From an uncultured Gemmatimonadales bacterium (GTDB lineage Bacteria > Gemmatimonadota > Gemmatimonadetes > Longimicrobiales > RSA9), in NCBI GenBank assembly GCA_963798845.1, contig CAWCUS010000005.1:192001-256000 (forward strand): a DNA stretch of 64,000 nt, in the 5' to 3' direction. The notes under the pieces were generated by a model. It worked only from the letters and a program-made list of their open reading frames with translations. It was not told the DNA's origin and made no database searches. The first letter of the stretch is position 1. Every line of letters starts with the position of its first letter. Shown piece by piece: positions 10,229-19,369 of this stretch. Both the position numbers and the translations under genes were made by a program.

Positions 10229-10450
10229 CCAGTCTCCTCGGACAGAAATGGCGGATATCCGGCGATCGCCCGGAAATTTCCCGCAAAAGACGGAAGACCA
10301 TGTGGCACGAGGCGGGCCACGGTGGATGATGCGACGCCACGTGCCCTTTTTCAAGCCGGACGGGGCGTGTCTGCCGCGCGATGCTACAACGGGCGTCGTG
10401 CCGCGAGACAGTGAGGGACCGCCCCGTGCTCGCCGCCGGCCGCAGGCCGG

Positions 10451-11098
10451 CTACTTGGTTCCGAAGAGCCGGTCGCCGGCGTCGCCCAGGCCGGGGAGGA
10501 TGTAGCCGTCGTCGTTGAGCTCGCGGTCGAGGGCCGCGATGATGACCGAGACGTCCGGGTGGTCGTGCTGCATCCGTTCGACCCCCTCCGGGGCGGCCAC
10601 CAGCCCCATGAGTCGAACGGAGGCGGCGCCGTTCGCCTTCAGCTCGGTGATGGCGGCGGACGCGGAGCCGCCGGTGGCGAGCATCGGATCCAGGACGATG
10701 AACTCGCGGGACTCGGCGTCGCCGGGGATCTTGAAGTAGTAGTGGACGGGCTCGAGCGTGGCGTGGTCGCGGTAGAGGCCCACGTGACCCACGCGCGCGG
10801 ACGGCATGAGGCGGAGCACGCCGTCCACCATGCCGAGGCCGGCCCGCAGGATGGGGACGAGGGTGACTTTCTTTCCGGCCATGCGGAAGGCCTGCGTCCG
10901 CTCCAGCGGGGTGTCCACGGTGATCGGCTCAAGTGGCAGCTCGCTGGTGGCTTCGTATGCCAGCAGCATGCTGAGCTCGTCGACCAGCTCGCGGAAGATC
11001 TTCTTGGGCGTGGCGACGTCCCTGAGCAGCGCCATCTTGTGCTGCACCAGCGGATGGTCGACCACGACCAGGTTGCTGTGCTTCGGGTGTTTCGGCAT
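10451..11098 (-). CDS. upp: Uracil phosphoribosyltransferase
   Basis: [19 protein letters not shown] and [17 protein letters not shown] motifs. Confidence 0.98.
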   Translation of the reverse strand: MPKHPKHSNLVVVDHPLVQHKMALLRDVATPKKIFRELVDELSMLLAYEATSELPLEPITVDTPLERTQAFRMAGKKVTLVPILRAGLGMVDGVLRLMPSARVGHVGLYRDHATLEPVHYYFKIPGDAESREFIVLDPMLATGGSASAAITELKANGAASVRLMGLVAAPEGVERMQHDHPDVSVIIAALDRELNDDGYILPGLGDAGDRLFGTK

Positions 11099-11119
11099 GG
11101 CGACTCGCCCCGTCTCCGT

Positions 11120-13561
11120 TCAGATGGTCCCCGCGGCGCGGGCTTCCACCCACCCCTCTTCTCCGGACCGAGTGCGCGCCCGGACCCAGTCCTCGGACCG
11201 CTCCACCAGCTCGAGCCCCGTCCCGGGCTCCAGCGCCGTGAGCACGTCACCCCGCAGGTTCGGTCCGCCGCGCAGCGCCGTGGGCTCCAGCACGATGAGC
11301 GTTTCCTCGCCGTGGGTCGAGGCCCACGCTCCGAGCACGGCGCCAACGGCGAGGGTCGTCGCCGCCAGGGCGACCCTCAGCGCCGCGGCGTTCCGGCACG
11401 CCAGCCACCACGCTGCCCCGACCGCGGCGGCCCACCAGCCCAGCGCGGCCATGAGCCACAGCTCCTCCGGCCGCAGGAAGAGCGGAGGCGTGACCCGACT
11501 CACCAGCTCCGGGGCGACGCCCACGGCTCGCAGGTTGTGGCGGATGTCGGACGAACGCGGCGAAAGCCTCAGCGCGCGCAGCCAAGCCCAGACCGCTTCC
11601 CCGCGACGTCCGGCCCGCTCGTACGCGGTACCCAGGTCATACCACGCGGCCGCATCGCCGGGGACGGCATCGACGTAGTCGCGCAACACCCTCGCAGACT
11701 GCTCGTAGCGCCCGGCATCGAATGCGCGCACGCCGCTCTCGAACACGTCCCGCGGCGGCGGTGAGGCGTCCTGCGCCCGCGCGCCGGTGGCGCAGAGTGA
11801 CAGGACGAGGAACGGCAGAAGCGCCCCGGCCGGCCGGGCCAGCGTCGCCGGGGGCGGGGCCTCCCTGTCGATCAGCTCGAGCACGCGCGAGACCTGCCGG
11901 ACGATGTCGCGGATCACCGCCCCGTCCGGCGGCTCCGGCGCGTAGCGGGCCGAAGCCAGACGATCCATGGCTGCCTGGAGCGCGGCGGCCGCGTCCGTCG
12001 ACACCCCGGCCGCGGACAACGCGGAACGGGAAAGCGCGCCACGCGGCGCCAGCCCAAGGCGCCGCGCCAGCCAGGAACGCGTGAACGCCTCGGTATGGGC
12101 GAGCGTGGAGATGTCGCCCGCATCCGCGAGGTCGGCCAGCTCCCGCAGACGCGCCCGCCGGTCGTGGCGCAGCGCCCGGAGCGACGCGCCGTTCCTGGAT
12201 CGCCGGCGGCGCAGCGAGAGCGCGGCCACCAGGAGCACGAGCGGGCCGAGCTGCAGCCACCGGAACCATGGCGTCCGCACCCAGCGCAGCGAGTCCGCTC
12301 CGGCCGGTTTCCGGCGGAGGTATCGCAGCGCCGGCCCTTCGGTCTCCGTCCCGCCGTCTCCGGTGGCGCCCGGGCCGACGGCGAGTGTCAGGGCGGGAGC
12401 GGTGGCCACGTGGTACTTCGCCTGGTCCGGGTCGAAGTACGGATAGCGCACTTCAGGCATGGACCGCTCGCCGGACCGGCGTGGAATGATCACCCAGCTG
12501 AACCGCTTCCACCCCGCCACCGTGTCCCCTCGGACACCGGCCTCGGCTTCCTCCGTGGGCGGGAAGCGCTCGATCCCCGGAACGTCAGGCAGCGTCGGCG
12601 GGGGGAGCGCCTTCACGTTCCCCCGCCCGCGGACTTCCACGTTCAGGACTGCCGCTTCACCGGCCGGAACGGTATCGGGCTCGAGCCAGCTCCGAACCGT
12701 GTAATGGCCCACCGCGCCGGTGAAGCCGTCCGGGCGCCCCGCCTCCGGCAGCGGCCGCACCACCAGCGGGAGGGAGTCGGTGGCCACGTGGCTGGTTTCC
12801 GGCGCGTACAGCAGACCGCGCCGGATCTCGAAATCGAGCTGGGCGGGCGGGATCTCGAACCGCCCGGGCGACAGGGGGAAGAACGCGCGGCGGAAGGTCT
12901 GGACCTCGTACAGCTCGCCTCCCACCGACTCCGTGTGGGTGGTGGTGGGGTCCGCGAGGTCGTGGACCCAGAAGCCGGACGGGGAAGGCGGCTGGTATTC
13001 CGGGGCGCGGCGCAGGCGGAGACGCGCGTCCTGCGAGAACATGACGTCCACGTTCATCGTGACCTGCTGCCCCACGAACACGGTATCCGCTTCGAGCTCC
13101 GCCCGCATCACGACGCCGTCGGCGCTGGCCCGCGTGGCGGCGCCCCTGGCCGGAGCGACGCGGCGGCCCGTCCGCGCGGGCGCCGGGGTGCCGGCCGGAC
13201 CGGTCACGGTGAGGAGCTCCGCGGCGGTACTGTACGTCTGCGCCCCCACGGTCACGCGAACGGCGGGCACCCGATAACGCCCTGGCGCGCGTGCCCGGAT
13301 CACGAAATCGCGGGTGATGAAGCGCTGCGTGCCGCCCGGCATGCTGAACTGACGCTGATCCGACTGACTGGTGCCCACGAGATCGAGACCCGGCGGAAGC
13401 GAGCGGAAGTCCTCGATGCGGGCCCGTGCGCCGTCGGTTTCCACCTGCACGCGCAGCGTGGTCGTCTCCCCCACCTCGATCTCGGGGGCGGTGAAGCGGG
13501 CGTTGACCTGGACCGGGTCCTGTGCCGCGAGCGTGAGCGCGAAAAGGAGCCAGGGCGTCAT
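11120..13561 (-). CDS. batD: BatD family protein fused to a BatE-like TPR + SH3-like module
   Basis: Signal peptide, BatD beta-sandwich repeats (FTGAVG, GRGNV, FDP), then TPR (AWYDLGTAY) and an SH3-like tail (W.R.R...GEEGWV); position in the bat operon. Confidence 0.8.
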   Translation of the reverse strand: MTPWLLFALTLAAQDPVQVNARFTAPEIEVGETTTLRVQVETDGARARIEDFRSLPPGLDLVGTSQSDQRQFSMPGGTQRFITRDFVIRARAPGRYRVPAVRVTVGAQTYSTAAELLTVTGPAGTPAPARTGRRVAPARGAATRASADGVVMRAELEADTVFVGQQVTMNVDVMFSQDARLRLRRAPEYQPPSPSGFWVHDLADPTTTHTESVGGELYEVQTFRRAFFPLSPGRFEIPPAQLDFEIRRGLLYAPETSHVATDSLPLVVRPLPEAGRPDGFTGAVGHYTVRSWLEPDTVPAGEAAVLNVEVRGRGNVKALPPPTLPDVPGIERFPPTEEAEAGVRGDTVAGWKRFSWVIIPRRSGERSMPEVRYPYFDPDQAKYHVATAPALTLAVGPGATGDGGTETEGPALRYLRRKPAGADSLRWVRTPWFRWLQLGPLVLLVAALSLRRRRSRNGASLRALRHDRRARLRELADLADAGDISTLAHTEAFTRSWLARRLGLAPRGALSRSALSAAGVSTDAAAALQAAMDRLASARYAPEPPDGAVIRDIVRQVSRVLELIDREAPPPATLARPAGALLPFLVLSLCATGARAQDASPPPRDVFESGVRAFDAGRYEQSARVLRDYVDAVPGDAAAWYDLGTAYERAGRRGEAVWAWLRALRLSPRSSDIRHNLRAVGVAPELVSRVTPPLFLRPEELWLMAALGWWAAAVGAAWWLACRNAAALRVALAATTLAVGAVLGAWASTHGEETLIVLEPTALRGGPNLRGDVLTALEPGTGLELVERSEDWVRARTRSGEEGWVEARAAGTI

Positions 13562-13564
13562 CCG

Positions 13565-14272
13565 CTACCAGTCCCGGACCGTCCGGGTCTGCTGATGTCC
13601 CTTCCGCAGCTTGTCCTGGAAGACCTGCCGCTCGTTCTGCTCCACGGCGCTCAGCACTCGCTCGGCCTGTTCCTGGGTCAGCGGCGCCGGCGTCGGGCCC
13701 TCGCCGCCCGATGGTTGCGGCTGTTGCTGACCCTGCGACTGGCCGCCACCCCCCTGGCCGCCCTTCTGCTGGTCCTGCTGCCTGTCCTGGTCGCCTCCGC
13801 CGCCCCCGCCCTGCTGCTGCTGTTGCTGCTTCTCGCGCTCCCGCAGCGCCAGCTCGTAGTTCCACTTCGCGGCCGTGTCTGCAGGAGTCAGGCGGAGCGC
13901 CTGCCGGTAGGCCTCCAGCGCGGCATTGTACAGCGTCCGGCTGGTCTCCTCGGTCCGGTTCTCGCGCGCGTCCTCCAGGAAACGGTTGCCGAGGTTGTAG
14001 TACACGCTCTCCCGCGTGCCGGGGTCCACTGCCTTCAGCGCCGCCCGCAGCTGCTCCTCCGCCTCCGAGTAGCGCCCGAGCTTCAGCAGCGCGGTGCCGA
14101 GGTTGTAGTGCAGGACGGGCGTGTCCGTGCCGCCCTCGAGCGCGGCACGGTACGCTTCCACCGCCTCCGCGTACCGCCCTGCCCGGAACAGGCGATTCCC
14201 TCGCTCGACGCCGCCGAACACCGCCGCCGTTGTGATGAGCACCAGCGCGAGCAGCGCCGCCAGTCTACGCAT
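13565..14272 (-). CDS. batC: BatC-like TPR protein
   Basis: Start MRRLAALL at 14272; YNLGT and YNLGN TPRs; AKWNYELA; Q/G-rich linker; EQAERVL...RDW C-terminus. Confidence 0.85.
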   Translation of the reverse strand: MRRLAALLALVLITTAAVFGGVERGNRLFRAGRYAEAVEAYRAALEGGTDTPVLHYNLGTALLKLGRYSEAEEQLRAALKAVDPGTRESVYYNLGNRFLEDARENRTEETSRTLYNAALEAYRQALRLTPADTAAKWNYELALREREKQQQQQQGGGGGGDQDRQQDQQKGGQGGGGQSQGQQQPQPSGGEGPTPAPLTQEQAERVLSAVEQNERQVFQDKLRKGHQQTRTVRDW

Positions 14273-15320
14273 GGGCTTCCTCCCGCGCGGGTATCCCTGC
14301 AATGCCGTTGGTTCCACGGCGCACCGCCACGAGCCCGTCCAGGAGCAGCAGCGCGAGCGCCAGGAGGAGGAACCACTCGTAGCGCTCCTTCTGGCGGACC
14401 CGGTGCTCGCCGGAGCCCTGCGTCCGCTCCAGCCCGCGCAGCGTACCCAGGATCGCGTCCGTCCCCCCTGGAGACCCAAGGACCGCGAACCGACCGCCCG
14501 TGATCCCGGCCACACGCTTCAGCAGCGCGTCGTTCCGGCGTGTGATGACGATCCCGCCATCCGGGCCGCGCTGATAGCCCTCCACCGCCCCCGTGTCGCT
14601 GGTCTGCGGGATGGGCGCACCCTCCGGGCTCCCTACCCCGACGGTGTGGATGGTGATCCCGAGCCGCGCGGCCCGCTCGGCGGCGTCGAGGACCGCGCTC
14701 TCCTCCTCCAGCGCCTCGCCGTCGGTCACCAGCACCACCACACCCTTGCCGCCGGCGTCTCCCGGTCCACGGGCCAGGTCCGCCGCCTGCCGCACCGCGG
14801 ACGCCAGCGATGACCCCCCCTGGCTGACGATGTCCGGATCCAGCGCGTCCAGGTAGAGCTGCAGGGCCCCGTGGTCGACCGTCATGGGCGACAGGACGTA
14901 CGCCCGCCCCGCGAACGCCACCAGACCGATCCGGTCACCCGGCAGCTCCCGCAGCAGGCGACGCGCCAGCACCCGCTCCCGTTCCAGCCGGTCCGGCGCC
15001 AGGTCCCTGGCGAGCATGGAGCGCGACACGTCCAGCGCCAGCACGATGTCCGCCGCGACGTTGTGCTCCTCCACGCTCTCCAGCCCCCAGCGCGGCCCCG
15101 CGGCCGCCAGACCCAGCGCCGCGCCCGCCAGCACCAGCACCACCAGCCGCAGCGCCGGGAAGCGGCGGAGGTCCCCCGCCCCCAGTCGGGCCAGAAGGTC
15201 CGCCGCGCCCAGGACGCGCCCGGCGCGGCGCCTCCGCCGCGCCCAGAAAGTCACGCCCGCTCCCACCAGGATCGGGAGCGCGGCCGCGAGCCACAGCAGG
15301 TCCGGGTGCGCGAAGCTCAC
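14265..15320 (-). CDS. batB: BatB-like VWA domain protein
   Basis: GTG start overlaps the batA stop; MIDAS DVSRS, VTDGE and VGVGS motifs. Confidence 0.88.
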   Translation of the reverse strand: MSFAHPDLLWLAAALPILVGAGVTFWARRRRRAGRVLGAADLLARLGAGDLRRFPALRLVVLVLAGAALGLAAAGPRWGLESVEEHNVAADIVLALDVSRSMLARDLAPDRLERERVLARRLLRELPGDRIGLVAFAGRAYVLSPMTVDHGALQLYLDALDPDIVSQGGSSLASAVRQAADLARGPGDAGGKGVVVLVTDGEALEEESAVLDAAERAARLGITIHTVGVGSPEGAPIPQTSDTGAVEGYQRGPDGGIVITRRNDALLKRVAGITGGRFAVLGSPGGTDAILGTLRGLERTQGSGEHRVRQKERYEWFLLLALALLLLDGLVAVRRGTNGIAGIPAREEAHA

Positions 15321-16303
15321 GGGATCCGTCCCCAGCGGCTCCCCAGCAGGACCCACTCGGCCGCGAGGAGCGCTGCCGCGAGCAGGACGAGGGGGAGGTG
15401 CCTCGGGGTGTAGTCCGTGTAGCGGCGCACTTTGACCGTCGTCTTCTCCAGGTTGTCGATCCGCCCGTAAATGCTGTCCAGCGCCGCCTCGTTCGTCGCC
15501 CGGAAATACTGGCCGTTCGTGATGCGCGCGATCTCCCGGAGCAGATCCTCATCGATGTGGACCGGCAGGTTGGCGTACTGGTAGCCCCCGAACATGCCCC
15601 GCGCGATCGGGATCGGCGCCACGCCTTCGCTGCCCACGCCGATCGTGTAGACCTTGATCCCGTACGCCGCGGCCGCCCTGGCGGCGGTCACCGGATCGAT
15701 CTCCCCGCGGTTGTTCTCGCCGTCCGTCATGACGATCATGACGCGAGACTGTCCTGGCGAGCGCCGCAGCCGGTTGGCGGCCGTAGCGATGGCGGTGCCG
15801 ATGGCCGTGCCATCGTCGAGCATGCCGGCCTGGAGCTGGTCGAGGGCGCGATAGATGACGTCGTAGTCGATGGTGAGGGGGACCTGCGTCAACGCCTCGC
15901 CCGCGAAGGCGACGAGACCGATGCGGTCGTAATGGCGGCCGCGGATGAAGTCGGCCACCTGGGACTTGGCCACGGTGAGGCGGTTCTGCGGGTGGAAGTC
16001 CTCGGCAAGCATGGACGTGGAGATGTCGACCACGAGGGCGATGCTGATTCCCTGCGCTTCGATCTCGGTGGCGGACACGCCGGTGCGGGGCCCGGCCGAG
16101 GCGACCACCAGCGCCACCAGGGCGCCGGCGCGAAGCCACTCGGGGAGGCGGGCGATCCGCCGGATCATGCGGCTGCCGATGAGGCCGGCGGCGGCGGCCC
16201 TGGAGAAGAGGAGGGCGCGGCGTCGCCGGAGGCGATAGACCTGCCAGGCCGGGAGGACGGCCAGGAGCAGGAGGAGCCACGGGTGGGCGAAGCTGAAGGT
16301 CAC
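15317..16303 (-). CDS. batA: BatA-like VWA domain protein
   Basis: GTG start at 16303 (FAHPWLLLLL); DISTSM, GTAIG, MTDGENN and YTIGVG motifs. Confidence 0.9.
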   Translation of the reverse strand: MTFSFAHPWLLLLLAVLPAWQVYRLRRRRALLFSRAAAAGLIGSRMIRRIARLPEWLRAGALVALVVASAGPRTGVSATEIEAQGISIALVVDISTSMLAEDFHPQNRLTVAKSQVADFIRGRHYDRIGLVAFAGEALTQVPLTIDYDVIYRALDQLQAGMLDDGTAIGTAIATAANRLRRSPGQSRVMIVMTDGENNRGEIDPVTAARAAAAYGIKVYTIGVGSEGVAPIPIARGMFGGYQYANLPVHIDEDLLREIARITNGQYFRATNEAALDSIYGRIDNLEKTTVKVRRYTDYTPRHLPLVLLAAALLAAEWVLLGSRWGRIP

Positions 16304-17280
16304 GCTGCCACCTCCCCCGGCGGCGCCGGTGGCGCGGCGCGGAATGCGGCCACCCAGGCCCTGGCGGCGGACCACTCCGCTTCCGCGGTGGCCGGGTCCG
16401 GGCGGCGCCGGGCGAACTTCACCTGGTCGGCGGCGCGGAGAATGGTCTCGAGGGCGCGGCCATCCTCCCGGTCCGCGATGGCCCGGACGCGGGCCAGCAG
16501 CTCGGTGGTGGTCAGGTCCTCGCCCCACTCGGGCTCGAGGGCGGCGACGAAGTGCCGCACCGCCCCGGCCACCCGGATGTAGAACGCTTTGACCTCTCCG
16601 CGAGCGAGGAGCCCGTCGGCGCGCGCGGCATCGAGCGCGGCCAGCGCCCGCTCCCTGGCGGTGGGGGCGGCGATGGCGTCGGGAACGAGAGCACGGCGGC
16701 GCTTCCGGCGGATCCACCAGGCCAGGAGGAGTGCGGCCAGGAGCACGCCGAGGGCGACCAGGAGGATCGGCCACCAGGACCAGCTGCGCCCGAGAACCCC
16801 GCGCGCCGGCCGGGGCTCGATCCCAGCGGTGTCCGCCGGCAGCACGGAGATCACGTTCAGGGAAGGCAGCTGCGCCGTTCGCGTCTCCGGCGTCTCCTCA
16901 CCGCCCAGCACCTGGAACTCCACGGTCCCCAGGTCCCGCTTGCCCGGGCGCCACGGCGTGAGCGCGTACACGGCGGTGACCTGGATCGTGCCGTCGGCGA
17001 GCGTGTCGATGCGCTCGCGGACCCGCGCGGCGTTCTCCGCCTCGGCATCCGTCGGGAGCGACAGCGTGTCCGGCCACACGGCCCGCTCTCCCGGCGGCAG
17101 TACCACGCGCACGGCGACGTGGACCACGTCGCCCACCCGGGCCGAGTCCGGCACGACCGCCACGCTGGCTTCCTGGGCGATCGCGCCGGAAGCTGCCGCG
17201 AGCAGCCCGAGCAGAGCGAAGATGGACGCCACCGATGCGGACCCGGGCAGGATCCCGTGGACGGCCCCGCTCCGGCTCAT
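16300..17280 (-). CDS. Bat-operon membrane-anchored protein (DUF4381-like)
   Basis: Signal peptide, single TM followed by RRKRRR, C-terminal TTTELL...ADQVKFA; lies between DUF58 and batA. Confidence 0.75.
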   Translation of the reverse strand: MSRSGAVHGILPGSASVASIFALLGLLAAASGAIAQEASVAVVPDSARVGDVVHVAVRVVLPPGERAVWPDTLSLPTDAEAENAARVRERIDTLADGTIQVTAVYALTPWRPGKRDLGTVEFQVLGGEETPETRTAQLPSLNVISVLPADTAGIEPRPARGVLGRSWSWWPILLVALGVLLAALLLAWWIRRKRRRALVPDAIAAPTARERALAALDAARADGLLARGEVKAFYIRVAGAVRHFVAALEPEWGEDLTTTELLARVRAIADREDGRALETILRAADQVKFARRRPDPATAEAEWSAARAWVAAFRAAPPAPPGEVAA

Positions 17281-18299
17281 CGCGCCAGCTTCCTCTCCCG
17301 CGCTCGGAAGAACGCCATGAGCGGACCGACGTAGGAGCGGTCCGTGCGCACTTCGATGGCGTCCACGGCGAGGCGGTGAAACGTGGTGCGCAGCGCCTGC
17401 TCCTCGGCGCTCGAGAGCGCGGAGTAGCGGCGACGCAGCGACTCCCGGCCGGTGTCGACCGCCACCTCCTCGCCGGTCTCGGGGTCGGCGAGGACCAGCA
17501 CGCCGGCATCGGGAATGGATTCCTCCGCCGCGTCCATGACCCTCACTGCAATGACGTCGTGGCGGTTGGCGACGAGCCGGAGGGTGCGCCGGAACGCGTC
17601 GAAAGCCGCGTCGTCGCCCACCTGGAAGTCGCTCAGGACGAACAGGACCGAGCGGTGGGGCAGCATGCGCCCGGCGTAGTCGAGCGCAACGGCCAGGTCG
17701 GTCCGGCGGCCGCGCGGCCGGAAGGCGAGGAGGTCCCGGATCAGGCGAAGGACGTGGCGTCGCCCCTTCTTCGGCGGGACCACGTGCTCCACCTGGTCCG
17801 TGAACAGGATCATCCCGACGCGGTCGTTGTTCCGGATGGCCGAGAGTGCGAGCACCGCCGCCATCTCCGCCGCCAGCTCCGCTTTCAGACGCCCGCGCGT
17901 GCCGAAGCGCTCAGAGCCGGAGAAGTCCACCAGGAGCATCACCGTCAGCTCCCGCTCCTCCACGTGCTTCTTGATGTACGGGTGGCCCATGCGCGCCGTC
18001 ACGTTCCAGTCTATGTTGCGCACGTCGTCGCCCGTCTGGTACTCGCGCACCTCCGAGAACTCCATCCCCTGCCCCTTGAACGCCGAGTGGTACTCGCCGC
18101 TGAACAGCGAGTTGACCCACCCGCGCGTCCGGAGCTCGATCAGCCGCACCTGCCGCAGCACTTCGCGGGGAACCCCCCCCGGCGCCACCGGCTCGGCCGC
18201 GTCCGGCAGCACTGCCGGCTCCCGCGTCGTGCCGAACAGACGCCCGGCGGCCCCCCGGACCCGGCCGCCCGCCGCCCGCCACCCGCCTCCTCGGCTCAA
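17277..18299 (-). CDS. DUF58 family protein
   Basis: GEYHSAFKGQGMEFSEVREYQTGDDVRNIDWNVTAR motif; start may be further downstream. Confidence 0.93.
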   Translation of the reverse strand: MSRGGGWRAAGGRVRGAAGRLFGTTREPAVLPDAAEPVAPGGVPREVLRQVRLIELRTRGWVNSLFSGEYHSAFKGQGMEFSEVREYQTGDDVRNIDWNVTARMGHPYIKKHVEERELTVMLLVDFSGSERFGTRGRLKAELAAEMAAVLALSAIRNNDRVGMILFTDQVEHVVPPKKGRRHVLRLIRDLLAFRPRGRRTDLAVALDYAGRMLPHRSVLFVLSDFQVGDDAAFDAFRRTLRLVANRHDVIAVRVMDAAEESIPDAGVLVLADPETGEEVAVDTGRESLRRRYSALSSAEEQALRTTFHRLAVDAIEVRTDRSYVGPLMAFFRARERKLAR

Positions 18300-19273
18300 G
18301 GCACCTCCACCGCCTCGAAGACGCGCGCCACCAGGTCATCGGCCGTGACCTCCTCCGCCTCCGCCTCGTACGTCGTGATGATCCGGTGGCGCAGCACGTC
18401 GGGGCCGATCGACTTCACGTCCTCCGGGAGCACGTACCCCCGGCCGTCCAGGAACGCCTGCGCCCGGGCGCACACGGCCAGGAAGATCGATGCGCGCGGC
18501 GACGCGCCGTACTCGATCAGCGGGTCGATGTCCGCCAGCCCGTGCTCCGCCGGCTCCCGCGTGGCGTGAACCAGCTCGACGATGTAGTCCGTGATCTTCT
18601 CGTCCATGTACAGCCCGGCGATCTCCGCACGGGCGGCGAGGATCTCGGCGGCCGACGCCACTTTCTCGATCGGCTCCGGCTCGCGCCCCGCCATGCGCCG
18701 CATGATCTCCTTCTCCGTCTCCCGGTCCGGATAGGTGATGCGGAGCTTTAACATAAAGCGGTCAACTTGCGCTTCCGGAAGGGGATAGGTCCCCTCCTGC
18801 TCGATGGGATTCTGCGTCGCAAGGACGAGGAACGGCTCTTCCAGCTGGAAGGTCTCACCACCGATCGTCACCTGCTTTTCCTGCATCGCCTCGAGCAGCG
18901 CGGACTGGACCTTGGGCGGTGCCCGGTTGATCTCGTCGGCGAGGACCACGTGGGCGAAGATCGGGCCGCGCTTGGCCGTGAACTCACCGGTTCGCTGATT
19001 GTAGATCATGGTCCCGACGATGTCCGCGGGGAGCAGGTCGGGCGTGAACTGGATGCGCTGGAAGCTGACGTCGAGGCTGTCGGCGAGGGAGGAGACGGTG
19101 AGCGTCTTGGCGAGGCCGGGCACGCCCTCGAGGAGCACATGTCCCCCGGTCAGGATGCCCACGAGGAGCCGGTCGATCATGGCGTCCTGCCCCACGACCC
19201 GCTTGTGGAGCTCCCGCTTGATCCGCGGCGCGAGTTCCCGGTTGGCCGGCGGGCTCGCCGTGGTGCGCTCCAA
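18296..19273 (-). CDS. moxR: MoxR family AAA+ ATPase
   Basis: GVPGLAKT Walker A, IQFTPDLLPAD, LADEINRA, ATQNPIEQEGTYPLPEAQVDRF. Confidence 0.96.
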   Translation of the reverse strand: MERTTASPPANRELAPRIKRELHKRVVGQDAMIDRLLVGILTGGHVLLEGVPGLAKTLTVSSLADSLDVSFQRIQFTPDLLPADIVGTMIYNQRTGEFTAKRGPIFAHVVLADEINRAPPKVQSALLEAMQEKQVTIGGETFQLEEPFLVLATQNPIEQEGTYPLPEAQVDRFMLKLRITYPDRETEKEIMRRMAGREPEPIEKVASAAEILAARAEIAGLYMDEKITDYIVELVHATREPAEHGLADIDPLIEYGASPRASIFLAVCARAQAFLDGRGYVLPEDVKSIGPDVLRHRIITTYEAEAEEVTADDLVARVFEAVEVP

Positions 19274-19369
19274 TTCGACCTCCAGTCCTGGGGAATGAGT
19301 GCGCCGCCCTTCGCGTACGACGGGCGGCGCCTGAAAGATCCGGGCCGTGTGGCGCGTGGGCCGGGGCCT

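Noticed and set aside
13690..13830. CAG/GGC-rich simple repeats as a contingency locus
   Set aside because: They encode the normal Q/G-rich linker of BatC-type proteins, in frame.
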